From Mollicutes bacterium (GTDB lineage Bacteria; Bacillota_I; Bacilli_A; RF39; UBA660): a stretch of DNA of 38,051 nucleotides. The notes under the pieces are model-generated. The model was not told the DNA's origin, ran no database searches, and was given only the letters and a program-made list of their open reading frames with translations. Position numbers and translations under genes: made by a program. Below, one piece after another: positions 1-9,405 of the stretch (the first letter of the stretch is position 1; every line of letters begins with the position of its first letter). Location of the stretch: the NCBI GenBank assembly GCA_003559495.1, contig PWLE01000033.1:1-38051 (forward strand). The letters run 5' to 3'.

Positions 1-89
1 ATTAATAAAATAATTGCTAAAATAACAATTACTGCTAATAACTCAATTAATGTAAAACCTCTTTTTTTAATATAAAATAATTTCTTCAC
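1..89 (-). CDS. Type IV prepilin-like protein, N-terminal part only (runs off the window start)
   Basis: Manual translation from GTG at 89: MKKLFYIKKRGFTLIELLAVIVILAIILL..., a class III signal peptide G|FTLIE followed by a hydrophobic helix. RBS GAGGTG at 95-100. Not in the ORF track. Confidence 0.9.
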   Translation of the reverse strand, partial: MKKLFYIKKRGFTLIELLAVIVILAIILL

Positions 90-115
90 TACTACACCTC
101 TTATTATTTTATTAT

Positions 116-136
116 ATTATAACACAAATTATAACA
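116..136 (-). promoter_or_regulatory. Two tandem extended -10 boxes (TGtTATAAT) upstream of the prepilin gene
   Basis: Minus-strand TGTTATAAT at 128-136 and 116-124. Confidence 0.5.
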
Positions 137-167
137 AAAAAAAAAAACAGTTTTCTTAACTGTTTTT
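136..167 (-). terminator. Rho-independent terminator after rseP
   Basis: Inverted repeat AAAAACAGTT (143-152) / AACTGTTTTT (158-167) followed by a long U tract on the minus strand. Confidence 0.75.
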
Positions 168-168
168 A

Positions 169-1203
169 TTAAAACAAATTTATAATATCATTCATAGTAA
201 TATATAATATTAATCCTAAAAGTAAAACAAAACCAACCGTATGAACCAAATTTTCAATTTGTGGTTCCACCGGTGATCCCTTTATTTTTTCAATAATTAA
301 AAACCATAATCGCCCACCATCTAAAGCTGGTAAGGGAAGGAGATTAATAAAGCCAACATTAATACTTATTAAAGCAATCAACATAATAAGACTAAAAAAA
401 CCATAACTGGCGGTCTCATCAACAACCGAAAAAATACCAACCGGACCAGAAAGCGCATCCAAACTTAAATTGCCACTAATTAAATGTGATATTACCAAAG
501 TCATTTGCTCAATAATATTATAAAATTTTGTAAAAGAAAATTGAAAAGCAGCAACAAAACCATATTCGATTTCTGATTTTAATTGAAATCCATAAGTATA
601 ATATTTTTCACCATCTTTTTCTTGCTCAGTGGGACTAATATTAATTGCTTTCTGCTCACCATTTGATAAATACCCTAATGTTATCTCTTCCCCTTCATGT
701 AAATATAATTCTAAATGCAAACGATCAATTGAATTAATTTCAATATCATTAATACTAGTAATAATATCACCCTGTCCGATATCTTTTTCTACTATTTCAT
801 GCCCATCAACTGTTTTTTCAATAATTGGCTTATTTACCGGCGCCCCATAAACTAAACCAACCATAAACAATAAAAACCAAGCAAATATAAAATTAAATAA
901 AACCCCGGCAATAATAATTACAAAACGCTTCCGCCATGGTTTAGCATACATCTTCTTCCCCTCTGGTACATTTTCATCATTATTAATTTCCTCCCCCGCC
1001 ATACTAACAAAACCACCGATAGGAAAAAGCCTGATACTATAAATTGTTTCATCATTACGGCGGCGAAAAGAATAAACCTTTTTCCCCATGCCAAGGGAAA
1101 ACTCATAAACATAAACACCAGCCCTTTTCGCAAAAATAAAATGCCCTAATTCATGAATAAAAATAATTAAACCAATGATTAATAAAAATAAAATTAATGT
1201 CAT
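169..1203 (-). CDS. rseP: RIP metalloprotease RseP (M50 family, PDZ domain)
   Basis: HELGH zinc motif, FSLGMG, PIGGFV, PDZ-like middle region and NLLPLPALDGG. Follows cdsA as usual. Confidence 0.95.
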   Translation of the reverse strand: MTLILFLLIIGLIIFIHELGHFIFAKRAGVYVYEFSLGMGKKVYSFRRRNDETIYSIRLFPIGGFVSMAGEEINNDENVPEGKKMYAKPWRKRFVIIIAGVLFNFIFAWFLLFMVGLVYGAPVNKPIIEKTVDGHEIVEKDIGQGDIITSINDIEINSIDRLHLELYLHEGEEITLGYLSNGEQKAINISPTEQEKDGEKYYTYGFQLKSEIEYGFVAAFQFSFTKFYNIIEQMTLVISHLISGNLSLDALSGPVGIFSVVDETASYGFFSLIMLIALISINVGFINLLPLPALDGGRLWFLIIEKIKGSPVEPQIENLVHTVGFVLLLGLILYITMNDIINLF

Positions 1204-1213
1204 CGCACACCTC

Positions 1214-2014
1214 CTATAAATATGTTAGAAAAAAAACAAAACCAATTAAAACAAAAAGAATACTATCTAAACGATCTAATATGCCACCATGACCAGGAAT
1301 TAAAGAAGAAAAATCTTTAAAACCAAAATGTCTTTTAATAGCTGAAAAAATTAAATCACCAAATTGACTTAAAATCGCTAAAAAACTAGTAATAATAATT
1401 AAAGCTTGTAAATCAACATTCGCATTAATAACTTGCAAATAAAAAACACAACTAACAAAAACCGCCATCACAAAACCACCAAATGCTCCTTCTAAAGTCT
1501 TTTTAGGAGAAATGTTTTCTAACATCTTTGTTTTGCCAACTAACATTCCTGTTAAATAAGCATATGTATCACCAATCACAGTAATAATTAATAAGAAAAT
1601 CAAATAATCAATTGCTAAAAAGCGAATAAAAATCAACAAACTAAAAGCATAAGCTAAAAAGAAAACACTACCGATAAAAAAGAAAGCATCATTAATACTA
1701 TATTTCTTCGCATCATTATAAATAATAACAGGAAAAAGATAAACAATAAACAAACCAGAAAAAAGCCTTAAATCAAAAGACATTATTAAAGAATAATACT
1801 CAAAAGCAAAAATATACAAACTCATCATAACATAAGAAATAAACTTAACAAACAATGGAATTTGTTTTTTGCTTTCTTTAATATCTAAAAGCTCCTTTAA
1901 AGCAACTAGCGATATAACATAAACCGCTAATTGAAAAACAAAACCACCTAAAATAATAATAGGCATCACAATTAATAAAATTATTAAAGCACTAAGAATT
2001 CGATTTGCTACCAT
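1214..2014 (-). CDS. cdsA: Phosphatidate cytidylyltransferase
   Basis: ISPKKTLEG and SAIKRHFGFKDFSSLIPGHGGILDRLDS signatures. Likely start is ATG 2014 with RBS GGAGGA at 2019-2024. Confidence 0.95.
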   Translation of the reverse strand: MVANRILSALIILLIVMPIIILGGFVFQLAVYVISLVALKELLDIKESKKQIPLFVKFISYVMMSLYIFAFEYYSLIMSFDLRLFSGLFIVYLFPVIIYNDAKKYSINDAFFFIGSVFFLAYAFSLLIFIRFLAIDYLIFLLIITVIGDTYAYLTGMLVGKTKMLENISPKKTLEGAFGGFVMAVFVSCVFYLQVINANVDLQALIIITSFLAILSQFGDLIFSAIKRHFGFKDFSSLIPGHGGILDRLDSILFVLIGFVFFLTYL

Positions 2015-2717
2015 TATATCCTCCAAATCTTCTTTCCCTTTTATTATAAACCCGCAAAGCTTCTTCTAAATCTTCTTTCCCAAAATCAGGAAAATAAACT
2101 TCCGAAAAATAAAGCTCCGCATATGCTAATTGATACAACATAAAATTACTAATCCGCTGTTCACCACTCGTCCTAATTAACAAATCAATTGGTGGCAAAG
2201 ATTGGTATAAATATTGATAAAATGTTTTCTCATCAACCATATCAATATTAACACGATTGTTAATAATATCATAATACATTTTTTTACTCGCTGCAATAAT
2301 TTCCCTTTGGCCACCATAATTCAAACATATATTTAATGTTTTCCCTCTAAAATCTTTTGTTTTTTCCGTAATATTTTCAATAATATCATTAATCTCTTGA
2401 CTTAATGGTTCTCGTTCTCCCGAAACAACCATTCGAATTTGATCTTTTTGAAATCGCACAAAATCTTTTTGAAACTTTTTTTTAATTAATTTCATCAAAA
2501 AATTAACTTCCTTTTTACCCCGCTTAAAATTTTCGGTTGAAAAAACAAAAAGACTTAAATAAGCAATCCCTTTTGCAAAAACTAAATCAATAATTTCATC
2601 TAAATTTTCAGCGCCTGCTAAATGACCAGCACTTCTTTGTAATCCTCTATCTTGCGCCCAACGACCATTACCATCAACAATGATACCAATATGATTTGGT
2701 ATTTTTTCATAATCCAT
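1992..2717 (-). CDS. uppS: Undecaprenyl/polyprenyl diphosphate synthase
   Basis: PNHIGIIVDGNGRWA, FSTENF, DLLIRTSGEQRISNF and C-terminal RRFGG. Confidence 0.96.
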   Translation of the reverse strand: MDYEKIPNHIGIIVDGNGRWAQDRGLQRSAGHLAGAENLDEIIDLVFAKGIAYLSLFVFSTENFKRGKKEVNFLMKLIKKKFQKDFVRFQKDQIRMVVSGEREPLSQEINDIIENITEKTKDFRGKTLNICLNYGGQREIIAASKKMYYDIINNRVNIDMVDEKTFYQYLYQSLPPIDLLIRTSGEQRISNFMLYQLAYAELYFSEVYFPDFGKEDLEEALRVYNKRERRFGGYNGSKSNS

Positions 2718-2732
2718 TTTTAAACTCCTATC

Positions 2733-3671
2733 TCAAGTAACTTTTATTTGCTTTTTACTAATAACTATTAAAACACCAGCAAAAAGCAATATTCCAATTA
2801 CACTTAAAATTATAATTCCTGTGATACTAGGACTTTTTTCATCTTTCGTAATAATTTTTTCATCAATTTCATAATCTTCATTAACAATTTCCTTAGTATC
2901 AAAATCATCAGTTTTGTAGGCAACTTGAAAATAACTTTCGCTATTTGCTGTAAAAACAATATAATTATCTTCAATCATAAAGTCTATTTCACGAATTTGA
3001 ATAACCTCACGATTAAAACTTTCAATTTGCAGTAAAGTAAATTTTTCCAAATCATCAGGAACTGGATAATAAACTTTTACAGGATCCCAAAAATCACGAA
3101 TAACTCTTTCTGATGTTCGCCACTGATAATCCATTGTTTTTTTGGCAGCACCAATATAGAAAATATCCAAACCTAATGATTCAACTGGCATATCATCAGT
3201 ATAATCAGCAATTTGACGATAAATATTACTATGCATATCTTCATTAATAAGCTTTGTATTAACATAATAAGATAAGCGACTCAAATCATCATTAATTTTA
3301 GGCATTAATTGTTCTTTTGTAGAAGAAAAACCAACATCTAAACGTACTTTTTCGCCAGTAACAGACAATTCATCAATCGTCACATAATAAGGATCGTCAC
3401 TTACTGGCATAAAAACATCAACCTCATAATCAATTTGCATCGGTGTAAAAAAAGGGATTTCAAAATTTTCAGCAATCATATTTTCATCAGCATCATAATG
3501 ATATATTTGATGATAATAATTCTTAGGATATTCTATAATCATAATATCATAATCTTCAGCATCATAATAAAGCAAATATAAACGACCATCCTCATCAAAA
3601 TGAGGACAGGCATTAACTATTATTGGTATAAATAAAATGAAAATTAATACTAATAAACTAATTTTTTTCAT
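2733..3671 (-). CDS. Hypothetical exported protein with a signal peptide and C-terminal membrane anchor
   Basis: Likely start ATG 3671 (MKKISLLVLIFILFIPIIVNA-CPH). Acidic/Tyr-rich body, C-terminal hydrophobic helix plus basic tail, no LPxTG. Overlaps the end of the upstream gene. Confidence 0.7.
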   Translation of the reverse strand: MKKISLLVLIFILFIPIIVNACPHFDEDGRLYLLYYDAEDYDIMIIEYPKNYYHQIYHYDADENMIAENFEIPFFTPMQIDYEVDVFMPVSDDPYYVTIDELSVTGEKVRLDVGFSSTKEQLMPKINDDLSRLSYYVNTKLINEDMHSNIYRQIADYTDDMPVESLGLDIFYIGAAKKTMDYQWRTSERVIRDFWDPVKVYYPVPDDLEKFTLLQIESFNREVIQIREIDFMIEDNYIVFTANSESYFQVAYKTDDFDTKEIVNEDYEIDEKIITKDEKSPSITGIIILSVIGILLFAGVLIVISKKQIKVT

Positions 3672-4752
3672 GCTCACTTCTCTCTTTCCAAGGAATCGTA
3701 ACAAAAGCCGCAATTGTTATAGGAATAGCAAATAACAAACCAATACTTCCCGCCACCGCTCGTACTACTTCGGTAGCAAAAAAATCTAAATTAACAATAT
3801 GATGAAAAGAAGTCCCAAAGCCCACAAACAACAACAACATCGTTAAGGCGCCACCAGCATAAGCTAATACCAGTGTATTAATCATCGTTCCCATAATATC
3901 ATGACCAATATTAAAACCCGCCTTAATCATATTTTTAGCAGAAATATTGGGGTTTTCTCTTTGTAGTTCTGTTAAAGAAGAAGCAATAGAAATTGCCACA
4001 TCCATAGCTGCTCCTAAAGCACCAATTATAATCCCCGCAAATAATAAACCACGAAAATCAAAAGCTATTGCATCCGGTAAATATAAAAGCATCGAAGCAT
4101 CGGGCGAACTAAAACCACTTAAGCGCGCAACAATTCCAAAAATATAAGCAATTAAACCACCTAAAACCAAACCTCCCGATGTACCAATTGTTGCCGAAAT
4201 CGTTTTTTTATTAATACCAGCAATGATAAAAAAAGTAATTACTGTTGCAATAGTACAAACTAAAATAGAAGCTAAAATCGGACTTATTCCTTGTAACAAT
4301 AAAGGAATCATAATAAATACAATTAAACTTAAGGTAATGCATAATGCTAAAAGTGATTTTAATCCTTTCATGCCACCAATTAAGATAACACAAACTAAAA
4401 AAATTAAAAGTAACATTAGCATGGCATTCATATTATCATAACCGATAAAATAAAAACTATCTTCTTCATAATGAACACTAATCGTAGTTCCTTCTTGCAA
4501 AGGCATATCATATCGCACATCCCCTGTTAAATGATTAGTAATTGTTGTTTGAACGCCCCGATAATCACGATTTAAAATTTCAATTTCCGCTTCCTGCCAT
4601 ACCCTTTCTTGACCATCTTCAACCATTGTAAACTTTTCTACTTCTAAAACCCGCGCACGATATATATCATACTGATACTCCTCATCAATAATAGCTTGAA
4701 CTGAAAAAGAAGGTATTAAAAATAAAACTAAAAATATAATTATTTTTTTCAT
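3658..4752 (-). CDS. YibE/F family membrane protein
   Basis: Exported N-terminal domain, then GGMKGLKSLLAL, GIIIGALGAAMDVAISIAS, IGHDIMGTMINTLVLAYAG, which are typical of YibE/F proteins. Confidence 0.85.
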   Translation of the reverse strand: MKKIIIFLVLFLIPSFSVQAIIDEEYQYDIYRARVLEVEKFTMVEDGQERVWQEAEIEILNRDYRGVQTTITNHLTGDVRYDMPLQEGTTISVHYEEDSFYFIGYDNMNAMLMLLLIFLVCVILIGGMKGLKSLLALCITLSLIVFIMIPLLLQGISPILASILVCTIATVITFFIIAGINKKTISATIGTSGGLVLGGLIAYIFGIVARLSGFSSPDASMLLYLPDAIAFDFRGLLFAGIIIGALGAAMDVAISIASSLTELQRENPNISAKNMIKAGFNIGHDIMGTMINTLVLAYAGGALTMLLLFVGFGTSFHHIVNLDFFATEVVRAVAGSIGLLFAIPITIAAFVTIPWKERSEHEKN

Positions 4753-4757
4753 TTAAT

Positions 4758-5621
4758 CTACCTACTAAAAAAAGCCGCTTCCAACACTTTTTCTTGTGCT
4801 CTTTCATCAATGCGATTACTTCCCGGCATAATACTATTATAAAAATAAATATCAACAACACCAACTAAATCATTATCAGTAATACTATTTAAATTAATAC
4901 CTGTTCCCATATTACCACTACGATTATCAACTTCTTCACCAAAGGGACGATCATCCCGCCCCGAATGAGGAATAGGAATAATAGCAGCCGCTATTTTTTT
5001 ATTATCAACTTCAACCAAAATAGCACGCCGATAATGATTCCAATCACCACCAATTATTTCTAATAAAATTTCGGTGTCTTCCGCGGTTTTAGTTTCGACA
5101 TCAGCAATTGATTTTTTAGGACTTTTTTCCACTCTCCGCACTTCAAAACTAGCACCTGTTTCCAGATCCGTTACCTTTGCTACTTCACCAGGCGCAAAAA
5201 TTTTTAAAGCCTCATCACAATTCAATAAAATTTCACTTGTCAATCTAATATTCAATTTTTCCGCATCTTCCACATAATTAACAGGCAAATTTTCCGTTAA
5301 AAATTTTAAAGAAACATAAATATTGTCATTCACCTTTTTAACCGGCCTTGATAATTCTCGAGCATTACCATCCACAAAAGCAATATCGCTTTCTTCAATT
5401 AACTCAATATTACCAAACAATATTCGCTCTGTTTCAACTTCATAACTTATTTGCAACGCATCCAATACTAAATCAAGCGGAATTTGATAATCTTCTTTTT
5501 CTTGTTTAACTTCATAAGCTAAATCTTCCCCTTCGACATATAATTTCCGTTGATAATTTTCCTCCTCCCCACAACCAACCATTAAAAATAACACAAATAA
5601 AAAAACAATCCTTTTTGTCAT
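4758..5621 (-). CDS. Lipoprotein with a copper-amine-oxidase N-terminal-like (stalk) domain and a conserved C-terminal domain
   Basis: Lipobox LMVGC. Stalk-like AFVDGNARELSRPVKKVNDNIYVSLKFLTE. C-terminal VTDLETGASF...ADVETKTAEDT...GGDWNHYRRAILV...PH domain resembles a family seen on Firmicutes cell-surface proteins. Confidence 0.6.
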   Translation of the reverse strand: MTKRIVFLFVLFLMVGCGEEENYQRKLYVEGEDLAYEVKQEKEDYQIPLDLVLDALQISYEVETERILFGNIELIEESDIAFVDGNARELSRPVKKVNDNIYVSLKFLTENLPVNYVEDAEKLNIRLTSEILLNCDEALKIFAPGEVAKVTDLETGASFEVRRVEKSPKKSIADVETKTAEDTEILLEIIGGDWNHYRRAILVEVDNKKIAAAIIPIPHSGRDDRPFGEEVDNRSGNMGTGINLNSITDNDLVGVVDIYFYNSIMPGSNRIDERAQEKVLEAAFFSR

Positions 5622-5656
5622 TTTTTGCCTCCTGTTTTTTTCACTTCCTAATGCCT

Positions 5657-5685
5657 ATCTTATAAAAAAAAGAAAGTGATGTCAA
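5657..5685 (-). promoter_or_regulatory. SigA-type promoter for the lipoprotein/YibE-F/uppS-cdsA-rseP run, embedded in the pheT terminator
   Basis: TTGACA (5680-5685), 17 nt spacer, TAAGAT (5657-5662). Confidence 0.6.
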
Positions 5686-5700
5686 GCAACATCACCTTTC
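5664..5700 (-). terminator. Rho-independent terminator after pheT
   Basis: GAAAGGTGATGT-tgcttg-ACATCACTTTC followed by a T8 tract. Confidence 0.85.
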
Positions 5701-5709
5701 CCCTTTAAA

Positions 5710-8061
5710 CTATTTATCTCGCACCGAAGCAGCAAAATTTTCTTCCACCGCTTTAATTATTTTATTTAAAATACCCAAAACTTCCTCTTCATTTAAAGTG
5801 CGTTTTTCATCTCTAAAAAGCAATGAATAAGCAATTGACTTACGCCCATCTTTTTCATAAAGATCAAAAACGGTTACCGTTTCTAAAATGCGACCGCCGG
5901 TCTTTTTAATTACTTTTTCAATTTCTAAATTGGTAATTTCTTCATTAACTAAAAAAGCAACATCTTTTTGAATACTAGGATAGCGAAAAGGGGCTTTATA
6001 TTTTATTGGTTTAACAACCAAATTATATAAATAATCAAGGTTTATTTCCACCATAAATACATCATTTGCTAATTCTGGATGAACCTTCCCGAAAACACCA
6101 ACATCCTGACCATCTACTTCAATTACACTAGTTTGATAAGGATGAAAATTGTCCATTTTACGAAAAACAAATGCATAACGATTTTGCAAACCTAAAAAAT
6201 TAAACAAAGATTCAATTAATCCCTTTAACAAGAAAAAATCTACTTTTACCTGCTGATTCTGCCATTTGTTTTCCAAGTAAACACCACTCATTAAAATTCC
6301 CAATCTTTCTTCTTCTAAATATTTTTCTTTATAAACAGACCCAATTTCAAAAAAATTAATATTTTTTATTTGGCGCGCATAATTATAATTATAAACATTT
6401 AGCAAAGAAGTTAATAAACTAGTTCTTAAAACCTCTCTTTCTTTACTAGGAGGATCTAAAATAGTAATTCCGTTTTCCTGCGAAAACAATTTATTATCCG
6501 TTTTGCTTATTAATGAATAACTAATAACTTCATTTAATCCTTGACCAACTAAAAAATTTTTTATTGCTTTTAAATAGCTCATCTTTTTATCCCATGAACC
6601 CATTTTTATAACCGATGCTGGCATCGCACTAACAATTTTATTAAAACCAATAAACCGCCCAATTTCCTCAATTAAATCTTCGGCAATTGTCAAATCTAAA
6701 CGTCGTGGCGGAATTAAAACACATATTTCCTCTTTCCCCTTTTGATACGGTAATTTTAATCGCTCCATAACATCACAAATTTCCGCCATTGTCAGTTTCA
6801 TTCCTAAAATACGATTAACATGCTCTATAGAAACAGTAATTTCAACATCAGAGACTGACATTTTATCATGTTTTAAAAGATATTTTGCAACTTGACCATC
6901 AGCATGCTTTGCTAATAAATAACAAGCTCTTTTTAAAGCCAAAAAAGTTCTTTCTTTGGCAATTCCTTTTTCAAAACGATTACTTGCTTCACTACGAAGT
7001 GTTTTTTTAGCCGTATTGCGCACATTCGCAGGATGAAAAATAGCACTTTCAATAATTATATTTTTGGTTTTTTCCGTTACTTCCGTTGCCAAACCACCCA
7101 TTACGCCCGCTAAAGCAATGGGGTTGTTATTATTGGTAATAACAATATCATTTTCAGCAACTTTCCTAATTTGACCATCTAAAGTTTGCACTTCTTCATT
7201 TTTCCCCATTCGAACACCAATATCTTTTAATTTATCAGCATCAAAAAAATGAATCGGCTGACCAGTTTCCAACATAACATAATTACTAATATCAACAACA
7301 TTATTAATAGGACGAATGCCACAAGCAATTAATCGGTTTTTTATATAAACTGGCGATTCCATAATCTTAATGTTTTTTACTAATTTTGCTAAATATAGTT
7401 TACACTTTTCCGTTTGCACTTTTAAAGTATATTCATCCTTAATAGAATCAGCTATTTCAACAAAATCACTTTCCGGATAAGTAACATCTAATTTATAAAG
7501 CGCTCCTACTTCATATGCCATTCCTAACATACTTAATAAATCACCACGATTGGTCGTTAAATCAAAATCAATAACTTCATCATGAAGTTGCAAATAAGCA
7601 AGGGCGTCTTCGCCAAGTGGGGCATCATCATCTAAGACCATAATTTCTTGCCAATCACGCTCTTTTAAAAATTTTTTGTCAAAGCCTAATTCAGCAAAAG
7701 AACAAATCATGCCATTTGATTCAACACCAGCAATTTTAGCAACTTTTATTTTAAAATCACCGGGCAGAATCGCGCCAACTTTTGCTACTACCACCTTTTG
7801 ATTCACAGCAACATTAGTCGCTCCACAAACAATTTTAAAAACGCCATCACCTGTGTCAACTTGACAAACACTTAACTTTTTTGAATCAGGATGTTTTTGA
7901 CAATCAACTACTTTTCCAATCACCAAGTTGCTTGCCGAAACTAACGGTCCACAACTATCATATTCATGACCAATATTAACCATTTTTTCCGCTAATTGTT
8001 GAAAATTAACTTTACTAAGATCAAGATAATCCGCTAAAAAATTTCGACTTACTCTCATCAA
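5710..8061 (-). CDS. pheT: Phenylalanine--tRNA ligase beta subunit
   Basis: OB fold (HPDSKKLSVCQV, IVCGATNV), NRGDLLSMLGMA, RPINNVVDISNYVMLETGQPIHFFD and C-terminal anticodon-binding domain. Confidence 0.97.
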   Translation of the reverse strand: MMRVSRNFLADYLDLSKVNFQQLAEKMVNIGHEYDSCGPLVSASNLVIGKVVDCQKHPDSKKLSVCQVDTGDGVFKIVCGATNVAVNQKVVVAKVGAILPGDFKIKVAKIAGVESNGMICSFAELGFDKKFLKERDWQEIMVLDDDAPLGEDALAYLQLHDEVIDFDLTTNRGDLLSMLGMAYEVGALYKLDVTYPESDFVEIADSIKDEYTLKVQTEKCKLYLAKLVKNIKIMESPVYIKNRLIACGIRPINNVVDISNYVMLETGQPIHFFDADKLKDIGVRMGKNEEVQTLDGQIRKVAENDIVITNNNNPIALAGVMGGLATEVTEKTKNIIIESAIFHPANVRNTAKKTLRSEASNRFEKGIAKERTFLALKRACYLLAKHADGQVAKYLLKHDKMSVSDVEITVSIEHVNRILGMKLTMAEICDVMERLKLPYQKGKEEICVLIPPRRLDLTIAEDLIEEIGRFIGFNKIVSAMPASVIKMGSWDKKMSYLKAIKNFLVGQGLNEVISYSLISKTDNKLFSQENGITILDPPSKEREVLRTSLLTSLLNVYNYNYARQIKNINFFEIGSVYKEKYLEEERLGILMSGVYLENKWQNQQVKVDFFLLKGLIESLFNFLGLQNRYAFVFRKMDNFHPYQTSVIEVDGQDVGVFGKVHPELANDVFMVEINLDYLYNLVVKPIKYKAPFRYPSIQKDVAFLVNEEITNLEIEKVIKKTGGRILETVTVFDLYEKDGRKSIAYSLLFRDEKRTLNEEEVLGILNKIIKAVEENFAASVRDK

Positions 8062-9107
8062 TACCCCTCCTTATCAATTCGCTTAAACAAATCTAAAAAA
8101 TGCCAATGGTTTTGATAAAACTCTCTTATATCATTAATACCATATTTTAACATGGCAATTCTTTCAATGCCAATGCCAAAAGCAAAACCACTATATTTTT
8201 TATTATCATAACCACTCATTTGTAAAACAGTTGGGTGAACCATACCAGCTCCTAAAACTTCTAACCAGCCACTTTCCTTACAAAAAGCACAACCAACACC
8301 ATCGCATTTAAAACACGAAACATCAACTTCCAAAGATGGTTCCGTGAAGGGAAAATAACTTGGGCGAAAGCGAATATTTCGCGTTCCACCAAATAATTTT
8401 TGCATTGTCACTTCTAAAGTTCCTTTTAAATGTGCTAAACTTATGTTTTCATCAATTACTAAAGCCTCTATTTGCATAAATTGATGAGAATGAGTTGCAT
8501 CATCATCATCTTTTCGATAAACCTTACCAGGTGCAATCATGCGAATAGGACCTTTTTCATAGTTTTTTTCCATCATTCTAACTTGAATTGGCGATGTTTG
8601 TGTCCGCAATATATGCTTAGAAGTAATATAAAAGCTATCTTGCATATCACGCGCTGGATGATCTTTCGGAATGTTTAAACGCTCAAAATTGTATTTATCA
8701 GTTTCAATTTCCGGTCCCCGCACCACATCATATCCCATACTGACAAACAAACTTATAATTTCGTCATTAATTAATTCTAAAGGATGAAAACTACCAGTTT
8801 TTAACTGAGAAGCCGGTAATGTTATATCAATTTTCTCAGCTAATAATTGCTTATCTAAAGCTTCCTTTTGCAAAGAAACTTCTTGTTCTGCTATTAAATT
8901 AGTGGCTTCCTCACGAAAATCATTAAACATTTTGCCAACCGTTTTTTTATTTGCCACTGACAATTCTTTTAATTGTTCCTTTAGCAAAGTAATTTTTCCC
9001 TTTTTTCCTAAAAAACTAACCCGAACATCATTTAATGATTTTAAATCATTAACTTTTTCTAAAGCCTCTTTTAATTCTTTTTTTAATTGCTTAATAGTTT
9101 TTTCCAT
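8058..9107 (-). CDS. pheS: Phenylalanine--tRNA ligase alpha subunit
   Basis: HPARDMQDSFY, LRTQTSP, FRPSYFPFTEPS and GFAFGIGIER. Confidence 0.98.
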   Translation of the reverse strand: MEKTIKQLKKELKEALEKVNDLKSLNDVRVSFLGKKGKITLLKEQLKELSVANKKTVGKMFNDFREEATNLIAEQEVSLQKEALDKQLLAEKIDITLPASQLKTGSFHPLELINDEIISLFVSMGYDVVRGPEIETDKYNFERLNIPKDHPARDMQDSFYITSKHILRTQTSPIQVRMMEKNYEKGPIRMIAPGKVYRKDDDDATHSHQFMQIEALVIDENISLAHLKGTLEVTMQKLFGGTRNIRFRPSYFPFTEPSLEVDVSCFKCDGVGCAFCKESGWLEVLGAGMVHPTVLQMSGYDNKKYSGFAFGIGIERIAMLKYGINDIREFYQNHWHFLDLFKRIDKEGY

Positions 9108-9122
9108 ACTATTCCTCCTTAT

Positions 9123-9325
9123 AAAAAAAACATCCTTTTAATAAGGACGTCAAAAACGCGGTACCACCTTAATTCATAGTAACAACTATGCACTTAATAC
9201 TATAACGCGTAACCACATCAACTAAAAAGGTGAATTCACAAATCCTTATTCCTAGTTTGCACCAACCACTAGTTCACTTTAAATAATTATAACTTGTTAC
9301 TATGTCTTTTTTTCGTTAATAAATA
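9123..9325 (-). ncRNA. T-box riboswitch (Phe) upstream of pheS
   Basis: Stem I with AGTA, AGTGA and GGTGCAA motifs, specifier GAA-TTC-A (UUC at 9232-9234), GCGTTA element, T-box AAGGTGGTACCGCG (9157-9170), terminator GACGTCCTT-atta-AAGGATGTT plus U tract. Confidence 0.92.
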
Positions 9326-9333
9326 TTAAAAAC

Positions 9334-9362
9334 ATTATATCGAGATTTTAAAAAAAAGTCAA
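9334..9362 (-). promoter_or_regulatory. SigA promoter of the pheST leader
   Basis: TTGACT (9357-9362), 17 nt spacer, TATAAT (9334-9339). Confidence 0.8.
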
Positions 9363-9405
9363 TTATGACACTAATTAAAACAATGACTTTTTTCTTATTA
9401 TTTTA

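Noticed and set aside
3672-3713. N-terminal extension of the 326-aa ORF
   Set aside because: It overlaps the YibE/F gene. The signal peptide begins at ATG 3671.
9140-9212. Sequence shared with 28968-29040 (GCGTTATAGTA, AAGGTGGTACCGCG, CGTCCTTA) considered as a dispersed repeat
   Set aside because: Explained by conserved T-box elements.
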